Assembly: GCA_000146465.1 (NCBI GenBank)
Contig: CP001947.1
Length of the DNA: 64,000 nucleotides
Reading direction: 5' to 3' (one strand)
A program made the translations under genes and the position numbers. The stretch's first letter is position 1, and the number at the start of each line of letters is the position of its first letter. Of the stretch, positions 9,742 to 20,187 are shown one piece after another. Below the pieces are notes generated by a model. That model was not told where the DNA came from, ran no database searches, and saw only the letters and a list, made by a program, of their open reading frames with translations.

Positions 9742-9801
9742 TGAGATGCTAAGGACTGTAATTTCTAGGGATAGAGATATGCATAAGAATTAAAAATTCC
9801 T

Positions 9802-10263
9802 TTATTTCTTTCTTGAAACACCCATGGACTTCCCACGTCTTCCATTTGACTTGGTCCTTTGTCCACGGACCTTGAGGCCAACATCGAGTCTGCATGCTCT
9901 GATGCGCTTGTTCTTCTTTCCTCTTTCAATCATCATTCTTAGATCTGCATCGAGTTTTGTACCTATGAGATGGGATGTTGTCCCGTCAACAGGATCCTTC
10001 TGATGGTTTAGATAAGATTCCGGAATTCCTAGGCTTGCAGGGTCGAGAATTGCATCTGAAATCCTCTTCATCTCCTCCTCAGACATTTCTCCGGCACGCC
10101 TCTTCAAATCAATCCCAAGGCGCTTGCATATGGCTGTCGAGATTCTTATTCCCACACCTCTGATCTTTGTAAGAGCAAAAGCAATTCTCTTTGTCCCGTC
10201 AATGTTGGTGTTGTGGATACGAACGATGTACTGGACGTCAGCCGGGTCGTAGACATAGTTCAT
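9802..10263 (-). CDS. RPS18: 40S ribosomal protein S18 (uS13)
   Basis: IVRIHNTNIDGTKRIAFALTKIRGVG...RGQRTKSNGRRGK matches the S18/uS13 family. Full length, ATG. Confidence 0.9.
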   Translation of the reverse strand: MNYVYDPADVQYIVRIHNTNIDGTKRIAFALTKIRGVGIRISTAICKRLGIDLKRRAGEMSEEEMKRISDAILDPASLGIPESYLNHQKDPVDGTTSHLIGTKLDADLRMMIERGKKNKRIRACRLDVGLKVRGQRTKSNGRRGKSMGVSRKK

Positions 10264-10358
10264 TTAAGGGATTAAATTTTTCACGGTTCAAAATGAAGGC
10301 AGACTTTCAAGATGGAAAGACAACAGGACGTAGTAACAGATAAAACCAAAAGTATACT

Positions 10359-10643
10359 TTATTCCTCCAGAAGCATCTTTGTCAACTTCTTCATCCTCTT
10401 TCCTGCACGCTTGTGAGACCCCAATCTCTTTCGGAGAATCCTCTGTGCCTTGCTATTGTTCTTTGCCTCAATAAGCGAAATAACTTTCTTCTCAAGTGGA
10501 GAATAACCGCATAACTCCTCTGCAACTGAGGCTGCAAACATGCGTATCTTTCCAGACTCCTCGCTGGGCTTCTTGGCTTCTCTCTTCACATCGGGCCTCT
10601 TTACTGGATAACGTACTCGAACTTTCTTGAGAGCGTTCTTCAT
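10359..10643 (-). CDS. RPL36: 60S ribosomal protein L36e
   Basis: The C-terminal 94 aa of the track ORF (AEELCGYSPLEKKVISLIEAKNNSKAQRILRKRLGSHKRAGKRMKK) match L36e. The upstream part of the track ORF is run-through. ATG at 10643. Confidence 0.8.
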   Translation of the reverse strand: MKNALKKVRVRYPVKRPDVKREAKKPSEESGKIRMFAASVAEELCGYSPLEKKVISLIEAKNNSKAQRILRKRLGSHKRAGKRMKKLTKMLLEE

Positions 10644-10695
10644 TGCAGGGCCGAGAAAAATTTTAATTCTACAAGGATGCAGTCCTTGCAAACCA

Positions 10696-13287
10696 ATGCT
10701 TATTGAGAGGTTCAAAGAAATAAGAAACAAGATATATGAGGATATCCATGCAGCCTCTGAGACAGACATAAGATTTATGAGGGATGCTCTGGGTCTACAA
10801 GACATGGCATATGGAAGGATCAAGACGTATTCTGCCGAGGACAGCAAGGTTCTGGCGCTTTTTACATTGAAGTACAATGTTGCAGTTCTCTTGGAGTTTA
10901 TTTCCCGAAACGGAGTCGAGCTTGGGAGCGATATATGTATGGCGCTTTGCAATGCATTGTTTGAGGAGATTCCTCAGGCATCTCCTGAATGTTCCCTGGA
11001 GATCGAGGATATAAAAGCACGAACGGACGAGGTGATTGTAGACATCCTGTGTAGCATTGGAGAGGGGATGCATGTTGAGAAGATCAAGTCATATTTGAGC
11101 TTGCAGGAGATTCCTGACGGGGTTAGCGTCAATCTTGCAGTGGTGTTTACAGCTCCATCCTGGAAGTCGTATGACCTCCGTGTGATTAATGAATTGGTTC
11201 TTGGGCCTGTTTTGGTGGAGCTGCTGAGAAGTTTTAAGGAATCTCTCCGGCCGCAAATAAAGGAAAGAATATTGGACTCTTGCAAGAAGAGACTTAGGAA
11301 TGAAAGAGATCGGTCGATTATTTACCAAATATTCTACGAGCTTAACACAGGGAAGGACATTAAGATGTTTGAAATTGAAGAAGACGAGAAAGAGGAGGCA
11401 TATGTTGGATTTATATACTCTCTAATGGTTGATGAAGAAAGTTGCTTAAAGGGATATGAGGTTTTGTCAAAGGCAGGTCTTTTTAACGACCTAAGAAAGG
11501 CTCTTGAAATGATAAATGTTCTAAGCCAGGCAGAATATAAAAGAATTAGGCCTGAAGATGAAAAGCTCATCTATCATCTTATGCAAGTGATTGAGAGGCT
11601 TGTATCTTCAGACTGGCATGGCCTTGGCTTTGTAAGGCTGTACTTCATGAGATTTGTCGAGCTGTTTCTTAACACTCTTGTAGGGCAAATTTCTCTAAGG
11701 ATAAAAGGGCAGATATACGAGATCCTATCTTCATTCATGAGAGATGGAGACTGTAAGGAAACAATCTGCGAGTTTATGAGAGGAGTTGGGATATTCAACA
11801 AAGAGGCCATCCATGCTGATTTCGAGAAAGAACTTGAGAGTAAGAACTTCTCTATGGCTCCGAGTTTCCTCCGGTTTTGTACGTTTCTTGGAAATGAGGA
11901 ATGTATCAGATTTGCCATGTACGCACTTAAAAGCGAGGATCCATCAACAGTCACCCGGTGCTTTGACGTCATCGAAAGGTTTGTGGACAAGAAAAACACA
12001 GAGGGGGGGAGTAGCAGTGAGTTTATTGTTTCTCAGCTCTCCTTGATGTCTCAACATATTCGAGTAGCAATGCTAAACAACTCACAAGTCACCAACAGGA
12101 TTTTGGAATTCCAGCTGAGCACGGGCATTGTGATTGGAGATGTGTCGATAATCAATGTGATCATAAATACACCGAACCCAAGGTTCTTTGAGTATGTAAG
12201 GCTTTTTGAGGACTTCTCATTCTTCATGAATGAAAACTTCCTTGAAAGGCTTTCTGAAGATGAAGAAGAAGGCTTCAAATATCTCTGTGAGGTGACTGCT
12301 AACAACCATGAAGCATGCAAGTTTGTGATGAACAATGAAGATTGGTTCAATGCTTATGTCAAAAACAATCCTTGTGTTCAAGAAGCAGCCATTAGGATAT
12401 ACGAGAACCTGGTTGATTATGACATCGAGAATGTGGAAGTCAGCTTTGACAGAGGGTTTATCCTTCCAGACATACCACATCGGTCAGTATTCTCGATTCT
12501 TAGCAAGTTGATTCTTTATTCGGTTTATACAAGAAAGACTTCATACTCAAGATATATCACAGACAAAGACTACAGCTTGGATAGCTCAAATATCAATGAG
12601 TACTGTTTGTATATCAAATGCAGAATAGTTGTAGGAGACAATGTTGAGGATAGGATCAAATATCTTATGAAACAGTATACAGGAATAGAAGATCTACTCG
12701 GATATTATGAGGTTTCCACTGGGATATCACTGAACATCTCCTCCTCAAAGAACCTCTTGGTAAACATAGGAAAGAAGGATACAAGCATGTTTATCAACAT
12801 GTTTAGCAATGCTAGTAACTTCGAGAAGTTTCTTTTATTCTTTTTCATTGGAGAAATTGATGCAGAGGAAGGCAAGGCAATTGAGAAAATAGTCAAAGAG
12901 GAAATCACAAGAATAATGGTATCCCAGTCCTCGAGCACATCGGAGAAAATGATTCTGAGGCAATGCTTGATAACACTCTTGTCTCTTAACAACATAGACT
13001 CGATTGTGAGGTTGATAGGCGAATATGACGACACCGATCTACTTCTAAAAGCCAACATAAGAAATCTTCTGTGCGGAGGGTCATACTTCAATAGCTCTTT
13101 GGTCATGAAAGGCCCATTGGAGCTGCAAGTCTATGCTGTTCTCCTCCTTTATTACAAATCAGTCTGGGACTTAGCTGCTCTGAAGGATTGGATCCTGTAT
13201 CTTAGGAGAGAGTGTAAGGATAACGACGACCTGGAATATCTTATAAGCGATATCAAGAGCAAAAACATACGGATTGAGCTTGAGTAA
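10696..13287 (+). CDS. hypothetical large alpha-helical protein (about 864 aa)
   Basis: Long uninterrupted ORF. The track start overlaps the RPL36 start, so I anchored to the next in-frame ATG (MLIERFKEI...). No family recognised. Confidence 0.6.
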   Translation: MLIERFKEIRNKIYEDIHAASETDIRFMRDALGLQDMAYGRIKTYSAEDSKVLALFTLKYNVAVLLEFISRNGVELGSDICMALCNALFEEIPQASPECSLEIEDIKARTDEVIVDILCSIGEGMHVEKIKSYLSLQEIPDGVSVNLAVVFTAPSWKSYDLRVINELVLGPVLVELLRSFKESLRPQIKERILDSCKKRLRNERDRSIIYQIFYELNTGKDIKMFEIEEDEKEEAYVGFIYSLMVDEESCLKGYEVLSKAGLFNDLRKALEMINVLSQAEYKRIRPEDEKLIYHLMQVIERLVSSDWHGLGFVRLYFMRFVELFLNTLVGQISLRIKGQIYEILSSFMRDGDCKETICEFMRGVGIFNKEAIHADFEKELESKNFSMAPSFLRFCTFLGNEECIRFAMYALKSEDPSTVTRCFDVIERFVDKKNTEGGSSSEFIVSQLSLMSQHIRVAMLNNSQVTNRILEFQLSTGIVIGDVSIINVIINTPNPRFFEYVRLFEDFSFFMNENFLERLSEDEEEGFKYLCEVTANNHEACKFVMNNEDWFNAYVKNNPCVQEAAIRIYENLVDYDIENVEVSFDRGFILPDIPHRSVFSILSKLILYSVYTRKTSYSRYITDKDYSLDSSNINEYCLYIKCRIVVGDNVEDRIKYLMKQYTGIEDLLGYYEVSTGISLNISSSKNLLVNIGKKDTSMFINMFSNASNFEKFLLFFFIGEIDAEEGKAIEKIVKEEITRIMVSQSSSTSEKMILRQCLITLLSLNNIDSIVRLIGEYDDTDLLLKANIRNLLCGGSYFNSSLVMKGPLELQVYAVLLLYYKSVWDLAALKDWILYLRRECKDNDDLEYLISDIKSKNIRIELE

Positions 13288-13415
13288 TAAAATATCTTAA
13301 AGCACGCGATTGCGCTTCCTGTGTAATCTACTTCTCATCAAAACTGAAACAAGAAAGAGGCCGAAGCTATTTATTCAAGAAGGGCTTGACTTCCGTGCAG
13401 GCCCGTGGGTCTGGC

Positions 13416-13637
13416 TCAAGGCTTGCTTGTATTCTCTTGCTTCTTGATCTCTCTCTGCTTCTGCCGCTCCCTTAAGAAGTTCCTCTTCTTTGTCTTTAAG
13501 ATCTTGATCTTGCTAAGGAGGCTCTTTCTTTCCTCCTGCTTCTGCTGCTTTATTCTCAGCCTCTGCTTGAAGGAGAGGACTGTATTGGGATCTTTTTGTT
13601 TCTTCTCCTTCCATACCTTCAAGTAAGTTTTGCTCAT
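13416..13637 (-). CDS. small lysine-rich basic protein (73 aa), possibly nucleolar/ribosome-associated
   Basis: MSKTYLKVWKEKKQKD...REIKKQENTSKP. The upstream part of the 150-aa track ORF is run-through, and it overlaps the Sm gene on the other strand. Confidence 0.45.
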   Translation of the reverse strand: MSKTYLKVWKEKKQKDPNTVLSFKQRLRIKQQKQEERKSLLSKIKILKTKKRNFLRERQKQREIKKQENTSKP

Positions 13638-13721
13638 TGCTGCGGTTCCTTGAAAAATATTTTTATCGTTAAGACATTCAAGCCAAAATAGTTGTGAGGG
13701 TGGAAAAGCCCTTAATTCGAA

Positions 13722-13937
13722 ATGGACAACACCCTGTACACAGCCTTTATAGGAAAGGCTGTTAAGGTCAAGATTTGCGACGGCTCTGAGTTTAGAGGAA
13801 CATCGGCAGCAATAGATGCATATCTCAACATATCCTTGGAGTCTGTATTCTACCTTCAGAAAGGCCAAGAGCCCAGATATTATTCCTCTCTATTCATCAA
13901 AGGATCGTATATCGACCACATAGCATTGGATGTATGA
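13722..13937 (+). CDS. Sm-like (Sm/LSm) protein
   Basis: 71 aa. Sm1/Sm2 pattern (FIGKAVKVKICDGSEFRGTSAAIDAYLNISLESV...GSYIDHIAL). Confidence 0.65.
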   Translation: MDNTLYTAFIGKAVKVKICDGSEFRGTSAAIDAYLNISLESVFYLQKGQEPRYYSSLFIKGSYIDHIALDV

Positions 13938-13980
13938 GGTTTTCAGGCCGAATAGGCAAGTCTTCTATCTAAAATGAAGT

Positions 13981-14418
13981 TTATAAGGAAGGTTTATTTC
14001 TTTTGATCTTACAGACTATCTTACTGCTCATAGCCTGGATGTTATGCCGTATGGACTCGATGTCATTCATGATCCTTAGGGTTTCTCTACGATACTCCGT
14101 AAGAAGTTTTCCTAAGTACTCGATCTTCATCATTAGATTCTCACTTTTACTATCAACAGCCTCGTGGCGGAGAAGATGTTTCTTAAGAGGATCGCTTCGT
14201 GTATAATCCTTCCCACACAAATGACACTCGAAGGGCCGTTCTCCCGTATGTCTCCGTGCATGGGCAAGCAGTGCGTGCTTACTAACCTGGACTTCTCCAT
14301 ATCTCGGACAATCTTTCCACAAGCACCTAGCCTCCTCGTCCTTTTCTATGTGGGAGAGCAGATGACCTCTCACATTATCTTCGATGTCTTTCTGACACTC
14401 CTCCCATTCACATCTCAT
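13981..14418 (-). CDS. C2H2 zinc-finger protein
   Basis: Three C2H2-type fingers (CLWKDC...H, FECHLCGKDYTRSDPLKKHLLRH) plus a C-terminal coiled-coil. ATG confirmed. Confidence 0.7.
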   Translation of the reverse strand: MRCEWEECQKDIEDNVRGHLLSHIEKDEEARCLWKDCPRYGEVQVSKHALLAHARRHTGERPFECHLCGKDYTRSDPLKKHLLRHEAVDSKSENLMMKIEYLGKLLTEYRRETLRIMNDIESIRHNIQAMSSKIVCKIKRNKPSL

Positions 14419-14493
14419 TGCTTAGGAGGGCTACCATGGGCAAAAGCTCTTCTCCAAAAGGAAAACAACATTTTAGCTTTATCATCATATAGA

Positions 14494-15411
14494 TCATGTT
14501 CTGTATAGATTATTGTATTTCTTGAAAGCTTGGGCTTCAGAATCATACTCGCCTAGGCATGCTCGCTCCCTAGCCTCTTGGATTCTTTGCTTGAGTAGTC
14601 GAATCCTTGTTCTGTCAAACATAATGTCTCCAATAGTTCCGCTTGCACAAACCACTCCATCCTTCGGAGATTTTCCATGTCTATCCAGTATCTTCCTACC
14701 CATCTTCTTCCTTGCTTTCCTGGAACTGTTCTTCATGAGCAAACAAAATGTTTCGAGCAAGCTGCACTCCACATCCTCCAGATCCCTTTCCAGCTTGTTT
14801 CTCTTGCCATAAAGCTTGCACAATGCCTCAAGTAGATGTAGCTCTTTCCACATCCTTTCGACCTTCTCCTTCGAGAGCTCTTCACTTCTTCTACTTCTCC
14901 TACTAGGCTTAATAATTCTCTTGCGGAAGCACACATAAGCAAGAGGATTGAATTTCTCGTTTCTGATTAGTATTCTGGATGCAACCATCCTGGAGAACTT
15001 TTCCTTGCCTTCTAAAAGGTCTTGCTTGTTGGAGATCGTAGACAGTATCCCATAAAACTGCTTTTCATCCACTCCAGACTCCTTGCATATTCTCCTATCT
15101 TCGTTGTTCATCAAGTACTCGTTCTCGGCATCTCCAATCCATTCGACATATTTGCGCTTGGGAACATATTTGCCATAAATTTCTCGTGCCGGGTTATCCA
15201 CTTTAGTTATCACCGGAATCGGGATGTTTCCCTTCTCTCCCTCCATTATCTTTTTCAGGTGGAGCTCTTTCTCTTCATCGGCTTCCATCCCTGTGTCAAG
15301 CGACGGAGGAACATACTCCTCCAAGGAAGACACGTCGAAGGACCCGGGTTTGTAAATAGCATATGGCAAGCCATTGTCTATTTTCACATTTCTCTTTCTC
15401 TTGTATACCAT
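14494..15411 (-). CDS. Enhancer-of-polycomb-like protein (EPL1/EPcA domain; NuA4-type HAT subunit)
   Basis: EPcA-like block YVEWIGDAENEYLMNNEDRRICKE...YVCFRKRIIKPSRRSRR. The track start is TTG. First ATG is at 15411. Confidence 0.5.
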   Translation of the reverse strand: MVYKRKRNVKIDNGLPYAIYKPGSFDVSSLEEYVPPSLDTGMEADEEKELHLKKIMEGEKGNIPIPVITKVDNPAREIYGKYVPKRKYVEWIGDAENEYLMNNEDRRICKESGVDEKQFYGILSTISNKQDLLEGKEKFSRMVASRILIRNEKFNPLAYVCFRKRIIKPSRRSRRSEELSKEKVERMWKELHLLEALCKLYGKRNKLERDLEDVECSLLETFCLLMKNSSRKARKKMGRKILDRHGKSPKDGVVCASGTIGDIMFDRTRIRLLKQRIQEARERACLGEYDSEAQAFKKYNNLYRT

Positions 15412-15498
15412 GGATAATTTTTCAGAGACCACGTTTAAGCACAACAAATTGAGTTTATTGGGAGAGAATATAGGGCCGGAAGTCTTTTGGGCCCTTGA

Positions 15499-16146
15499 AT
15501 GGAGAGAGCAATAGAGCTGGTGATGGAGGAGCTAGGAAGTACTCACGACTCTGAATGCATAAGGAATTGGTACTTCTCGTATCTTCAAAGGAAAGAGAGC
15601 CCAAAAAGCAAGTTCAAGGATGTTCTATCGATTATCAAGGCAGACATTGAAGATATCAAGGTGCTGGAATCGACGGTCATGCTCTTTGAAATTTCACAAG
15701 AGACAGCAGATGAGATTTCCTTGAAAGATGTGGCCCATTCTTACGAGAATTCGATGGAGATCATCTCGATTTTGTCTTTATACAATTCTATCTTCCCTAT
15801 AATTCAAAGATGCATCAGGAACGAGAGTGTTGGAAGCCGAGTCTCTGATCTCTACAATGAGGTTAGTATGCATTTGAATGGGCCACGGGAAGGATCCCGA
15901 GAAGTCCTGGAAGGGAGAAGGAGGTTTTTCTTTGATTTCTATATTCCTGTTGAGATATACTTTATGTCTGTGGGAAAGAACTATGAAATGAAAGAGAAGG
16001 AGAAGAAGTTCGTCGAAATGTATTTGACTAAGAAGAAGCTGGATAAGAAGGGTTTGGCCTATGGAGACAAATTTTATGAGGAGATGTCGTGCGGGGACGA
16101 AAAGGTTTCCAAGGCATTAAAATTTCTCTTTGAAGAGGTTTATTAG
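15499..16146 (+). CDS. hypothetical protein (215 aa)
   Basis: ATG-initiated ORF filling a gap. No family recognised. Confidence 0.45.
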   Translation: MERAIELVMEELGSTHDSECIRNWYFSYLQRKESPKSKFKDVLSIIKADIEDIKVLESTVMLFEISQETADEISLKDVAHSYENSMEIISILSLYNSIFPIIQRCIRNESVGSRVSDLYNEVSMHLNGPREGSREVLEGRRRFFFDFYIPVEIYFMSVGKNYEMKEKEKKFVEMYLTKKKLDKKGLAYGDKFYEEMSCGDEKVSKALKFLFEEVY

Positions 16147-16201
16147 ATTGGAAAATTGCAAGATAGTATAGATGTTGAAAATCCGGATGATTTTTTGACC
16201 C

Positions 16202-17140
16202 ATGACGATGGAAATTAATAATAAGGAGGATGAAAATCTCTCTAGCTTTAAAAGGAATCTCAGGAAGATGATTCAACTGGAGGAGGAGGCCAAGAAGAGG
16301 AGAGAAGATCAAAGGTCCCGGAAGCTGGTCTCTATCAGGGTTGGGAAGATTGAGGGAATGGGAGAGTCACCTGAAAGAAAATTTGTTCAGGACAGGAAAA
16401 GGGTATTTGAAGAGCCAAAGGTGGAATATGAAGGAGAAGGAAAAGTAAGAGAGAGGATAGAAAGTTTCAGCAAGAAGGATGATGGTGTGGACGAAAGGAT
16501 TTTAGGCGAAGAAGAAAAGAAGGGTTTTGTTTATGATAAAGACCATGGAAGGAATGGAGAAGAGGCCCAAAACAGCACCAATGCTGAGAGGAAGGGTAGT
16601 GAGAGCCTGAAGATTGTAGAAGAATGTAAGATAAGTGTCAACAGAGAGGTATTGGAATCTGGACCTAAATATAAAGACGAAGAAGCAGAGGATGAATGCT
16701 TCAAAGAGATTTCCGTTGAAGACATCAAAAAGAGCCTCCTTGCAGAATTAGATTCGGAGAGGGAAAGTGAAGCAGATATCATAAGTACTGTGATGAAGTC
16801 TGAAAACTCAGCACCTTCGCAGCAGGAAGTTATATATGTTGACAGAGAAAGTAGTTCTTTGGAAACAGAAAAGAACCCATATAACATAGGGTGTAATGTA
16901 TATGCTTACGACATCCACTATAAGATCTCTGATCTGTCTTGGGGGAACCCATCTGGACATATAACTCCTAATGAAAAAGAACCATCGATTAGTAGCAACA
17001 AAAGTCCTGTAAGGGAACATGGAGACGTTAATCTGGAGGATGGACCTGTAACTTACCAAGATCTTGACGAGGAAAAGGAGGAGAAGGGATGGTTTTCTTT
17101 GATATTTGAGTCCGTTTTTTCTATCTGCTGTGGTAAGTAG
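16202..17140 (+). CDS. hypothetical acidic K/E-rich protein (312 aa)
   Basis: ATG at 16202. Highly charged, low-complexity N-terminal half. Ends ...FSICCGK. Confidence 0.5.
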   Translation: MTMEINNKEDENLSSFKRNLRKMIQLEEEAKKRREDQRSRKLVSIRVGKIEGMGESPERKFVQDRKRVFEEPKVEYEGEGKVRERIESFSKKDDGVDERILGEEEKKGFVYDKDHGRNGEEAQNSTNAERKGSESLKIVEECKISVNREVLESGPKYKDEEAEDECFKEISVEDIKKSLLAELDSERESEADIISTVMKSENSAPSQQEVIYVDRESSSLETEKNPYNIGCNVYAYDIHYKISDLSWGNPSGHITPNEKEPSISSNKSPVREHGDVNLEDGPVTYQDLDEEKEEKGWFSLIFESVFSICCGK

Positions 17141-17236
17141 AAATAAAGAGTTGTAATAGTTTTTAGCTAAGCCTAAGGGTCTTTGTCTTTATGCATCCAA
17201 GTAATAAAATTTATAGACGAAAATTCTAGCCCTGAG

Positions 17237-18346
17237 ATGGTTGACCGAAAGGTGCTGTTTGCAAGGTCTTCGAAGTCAAATAACTTGAGCATGGGAATAG
17301 TTGGACTTCCAAATGTAGGGAAGTCAACTCTTTTCAACTTTCTTACAAGGAACAATGTTCCTGCGGAAAATTACCCGTTCTGCACGATTGATCCTTCGGA
17401 AGGTCGTGTGGAGATTCAGGACGAGAGAGTGGACTTTCTGGAAAAGAAGTACTCTCCTCAAAATGTTGTGAAGGCATATTTAAGTATAACAGACATAGCC
17501 GGACTTGTCAAGGGAGCTAGTACTGGAGTTGGGCTTGGAAATCATTTTCTGGACAACATCCGAAGTGTGGATGGAATATTTCATGTTGTAAGATGCTTTG
17601 AAGATACAGGAGTGGCTCATTTTGAGGATGGGGTTGATCCAATAAGAGACATAGAAATAGTCAACGAGGAGCTGAGGCTCAAGGACTATGAGACTATGGT
17701 TCGCCATGAAGAGAAAATGTCGAAGGATCTGAAGTCGAAACCTTCTGACAAAAAGCTGAAGGATCAGGTTTTGCTGGTCAGGAGGCTTGTGGAGATATTG
17801 AAGAGCGATTGGGTAAACAAGCATTCGTTCAACGAAGAAGAGATTGGATACATAAGCACTCTGAATCTGCTCACAGTGAAGAATGTAGTGTATCTAGCCA
17901 ATATCAGTGAGAAGGATTATGAAATGCGGCGGGCAAACAAGCACCTACGAGCGGTTATGAAGTATTCTGAGGATGTTATTGTGTTTAGTGCTACATATGA
18001 GGCCAACCATGAATCCAAGGTATTTTTGAACAAGCTTGTAAAGAAGGGATATGAGTCTTTAGACCTAATAAACTTCTTTACTGTGGGAAAGGACGAGGTC
18101 AGGAGCTGGACGATAAGAAGAGGAATAAATGCACCTTCTGCAGGGGCAGTAATCCACACGGACTTCAAGAAATATTTTATTATGGCCGAGGTGATGTCTT
18201 TTGAAGATTTCAAGACATATGGAGGAGAGGCTGAGGTCAAGAAGGCTGGAAAGTACCACCAGAGAGGGAAAACATACATTGTTAATGACGGAGACATAAT
18301 TCTCTTCAAGGTCAATCCACCCAAGTCCACAGGAAAGAAGAAATGA
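17237..18346 (+). CDS. OLA1: Obg-like ATPase 1 (YchF/OLA1)
   Basis: G1 motif GIVGLPNVGKSTLFN, then TIDPSEGRVEIQDER, and a C-terminal TGS domain. The track start is TTG. First in-frame ATG (MVDRKVL...) is at 17237. Confidence 0.85.
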   Translation: MVDRKVLFARSSKSNNLSMGIVGLPNVGKSTLFNFLTRNNVPAENYPFCTIDPSEGRVEIQDERVDFLEKKYSPQNVVKAYLSITDIAGLVKGASTGVGLGNHFLDNIRSVDGIFHVVRCFEDTGVAHFEDGVDPIRDIEIVNEELRLKDYETMVRHEEKMSKDLKSKPSDKKLKDQVLLVRRLVEILKSDWVNKHSFNEEEIGYISTLNLLTVKNVVYLANISEKDYEMRRANKHLRAVMKYSEDVIVFSATYEANHESKVFLNKLVKKGYESLDLINFFTVGKDEVRSWTIRRGINAPSAGAVIHTDFKKYFIMAEVMSFEDFKTYGGEAEVKKAGKYHQRGKTYIVNDGDIILFKVNPPKSTGKKK

Positions 18347-18396
18347 ATATCTGTTCCGATTAAATAGAATTTATTTAAGTTTCTATGCATATACAA

Positions 18397-20187
18397 CTAG
18401 AAGAAATAGAACTCAAAGTCGTCGATTTCCTTTGTTTTTTCCTGCACGTGCTCCTCAGGCTTGTGTGCCTCCTTTCCATCTATCTTCTTGAGAATGTCCT
18501 GAAGTCTTTCGATAAGCTCGTTTTTCTTACCGGTGTGGTTCAGTCCAAACTCTTTCATAAGACTCTTGAGTTGCTGAACTGTGACATTGTTAAAGTCAAG
18601 CTCGCTTACCGAGTCCTTGAAGTTTTGAACCACTTCCTTAAACTCGTCTGTAACGCCTTTATTGGAATTAAGGAATAGCGGAAATATAGAATTTCCGTTG
18701 CTTCTCTCTGGAGAACTCTTTCTCATTGTCCCAAGATACATCTTTTGGCTGTCATCGACCCCTTGGATGAAGTCCAGACTCGAGTATTTTGATGGATGAA
18801 CAATTCCCGGGTGCAAACCTTGGTTACTCTTTATGTATTGCCACAAGAGAGGATTACTCTTCCTCTTTTTCCGGTTCATCCATGCATTGTTTTGTACAGG
18901 TACATCCGTATACCTCTGCTGGAAATGCGTCCTGAAGGCTGGATTCGGAAAGAGAGATGCCATCATTCTCCGGTCATAGTCTGCTCCGTCCACCTGCCTG
19001 TGCATTTTTTGGCCGCTTCCGAAAGAGGCTTGGCTATGACCGAACTCACGGTCGCCAAGAGTATGTGGTGAGGAAAATGCTCCACTATGTAGGTGATTTC
19101 TTGGTCCTTCGGAGCCATGTATTCTAGAAATTTCCCCAGGCCCAAGGGGAACAGCTCTTCCTTCATAAAAGGAATGCCTTTCATTATTTCCAAATCCTCC
19201 TTCATAGTAGGAGTCAGGCCCCATCCTCACTTGAAAAGGCCCTTTGCGAAATCCTTGATTTAGTTCTTCGCCTTCCTTATACAAGAGATGTGTTGGGCCT
19301 TCAGAAAGCTTTTCCTCTCCCATACTCTTTCTTGAGGGCCCATATCTACCATATTCCTCTTTTCCTTTGGAAAATTCTTGATGGAAATTCCATGGTGTGC
19401 CTTGACTTCCAAAAGATCCAGTATTACCGAATGCATCGTCTTCTTGGAACAGTCTTCTTCCCATTTCTCCGAAGTTGCTATCTTGTGAGCCTTTGGGCTC
19501 TCCCGGGAATTCCTGAAAAAAGGATGGAAGCCCAGTGCTCTGCTCATTTCCAGCTCTTCCACTATAATATGGATTTCTATTCCCTAGGTAGTCTCCTCCA
19601 TCTTTCCCCACCCCATTCAGACCGTTATTGCTATAGGTCTCCACTTTTTTTACATCTAGAGAATTATCGGAGTTAATGCTATTGTTGCATGCTTCATTAG
19701 AAGAAATATCACCTGCTCTGGAAAATGGCTTACTAAATCCAAGAAAATTAGTTATGCTATCTGAGGAGTCTCCGGCCCTGCTGGTCTGTAGATATTCGCT
19801 AGGTAGGGAATTCTGCATCCCTTGCAGTCCTCCTAAAGAGAAATGCTCTACTTGATTTGTAAACTGCTTTTGCCCATAGTCAACTTTGTCTCCAAAGCCA
19901 TTTCGAATCTGGGTAACATGTAGAAAGGATTCCACATCTCTCTTTCGAGGCCTTCCTCTGGATGGAATTTCTATTGGCTTGGAATTCTGGTCGTCATCCA
20001 TCTTGTCTCCTTCCTCTGTCCTCCATTTTGCTTTTAAATGTTTTAGGTACTCTGTTTCATTTCTCACAAATAGGATCTTGAGACTTCGTTTGTGGCCAGT
20101 AGCAGGGCGAGACTTGATTCCCAAAACCTTCATTTTAGTAAAAGACAAGCGCAGGTCCAAATAATTGTTTTGTTTATGGATGTCCAT
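18397..20187 (-). CDS. SAP-domain / AT-hook nuclear protein with G/F/Y-rich low-complexity core
   Basis: 596 aa. AT-hook (PSRGRPRKRD) near the N-terminus. C-terminal SAP motif (VTVQQLKSLMKEFGLNHTGKKNELIERLQDILKK). ATG confirmed. Confidence 0.6.
   Translation of the reverse strand: MDIHKQNNYLDLRLSFTKMKVLGIKSRPATGHKRSLKILFVRNETEYLKHLKAKWRTEEGDKMDDDQNSKPIEIPSRGRPRKRDVESFLHVTQIRNGFGDKVDYGQKQFTNQVEHFSLGGLQGMQNSLPSEYLQTSRAGDSSDSITNFLGFSKPFSRAGDISSNEACNNSINSDNSLDVKKVETYSNNGLNGVGKDGGDYLGNRNPYYSGRAGNEQSTGLPSFFQEFPGEPKGSQDSNFGEMGRRLFQEDDAFGNTGSFGSQGTPWNFHQEFSKGKEEYGRYGPSRKSMGEEKLSEGPTHLLYKEGEELNQGFRKGPFQVRMGPDSYYEGGFGNNERHSFYEGRAVPLGPGEISRIHGSEGPRNHLHSGAFSSPHTLGDREFGHSQASFGSGQKMHRQVDGADYDRRMMASLFPNPAFRTHFQQRYTDVPVQNNAWMNRKKRKSNPLLWQYIKSNQGLHPGIVHPSKYSSLDFIQGVDDSQKMYLGTMRKSSPERSNGNSIFPLFLNSNKGVTDEFKEVVQNFKDSVSELDFNNVTVQQLKSLMKEFGLNHTGKKNELIERLQDILKKIDGKEAHKPEEHVQEKTKEIDDFEFYFF

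Noticed and set aside
13623-13628. GTAAGT on the plus strand upstream of the Sm-like gene
   Set aside because: The Sm protein is full-length from its own ATG at 13722. The hexamer lies inside/adjacent to the minus-strand lysine-rich gene start. No frame-restoring splice is needed.
17131-17138. GGTAAGTAG at the end of gene 16202-17140 (potential 5' splice site)
   Set aside because: The TAG within it is the in-frame stop codon. There is no downstream exon or branch/AG motif giving a sensible extension.
19895-19915. TTCGAATCTGGG T-loop-like string
   Set aside because: It lies inside the SAP-protein CDS. No acceptor, D- or anticodon stems can be drawn. It is not a tRNA.
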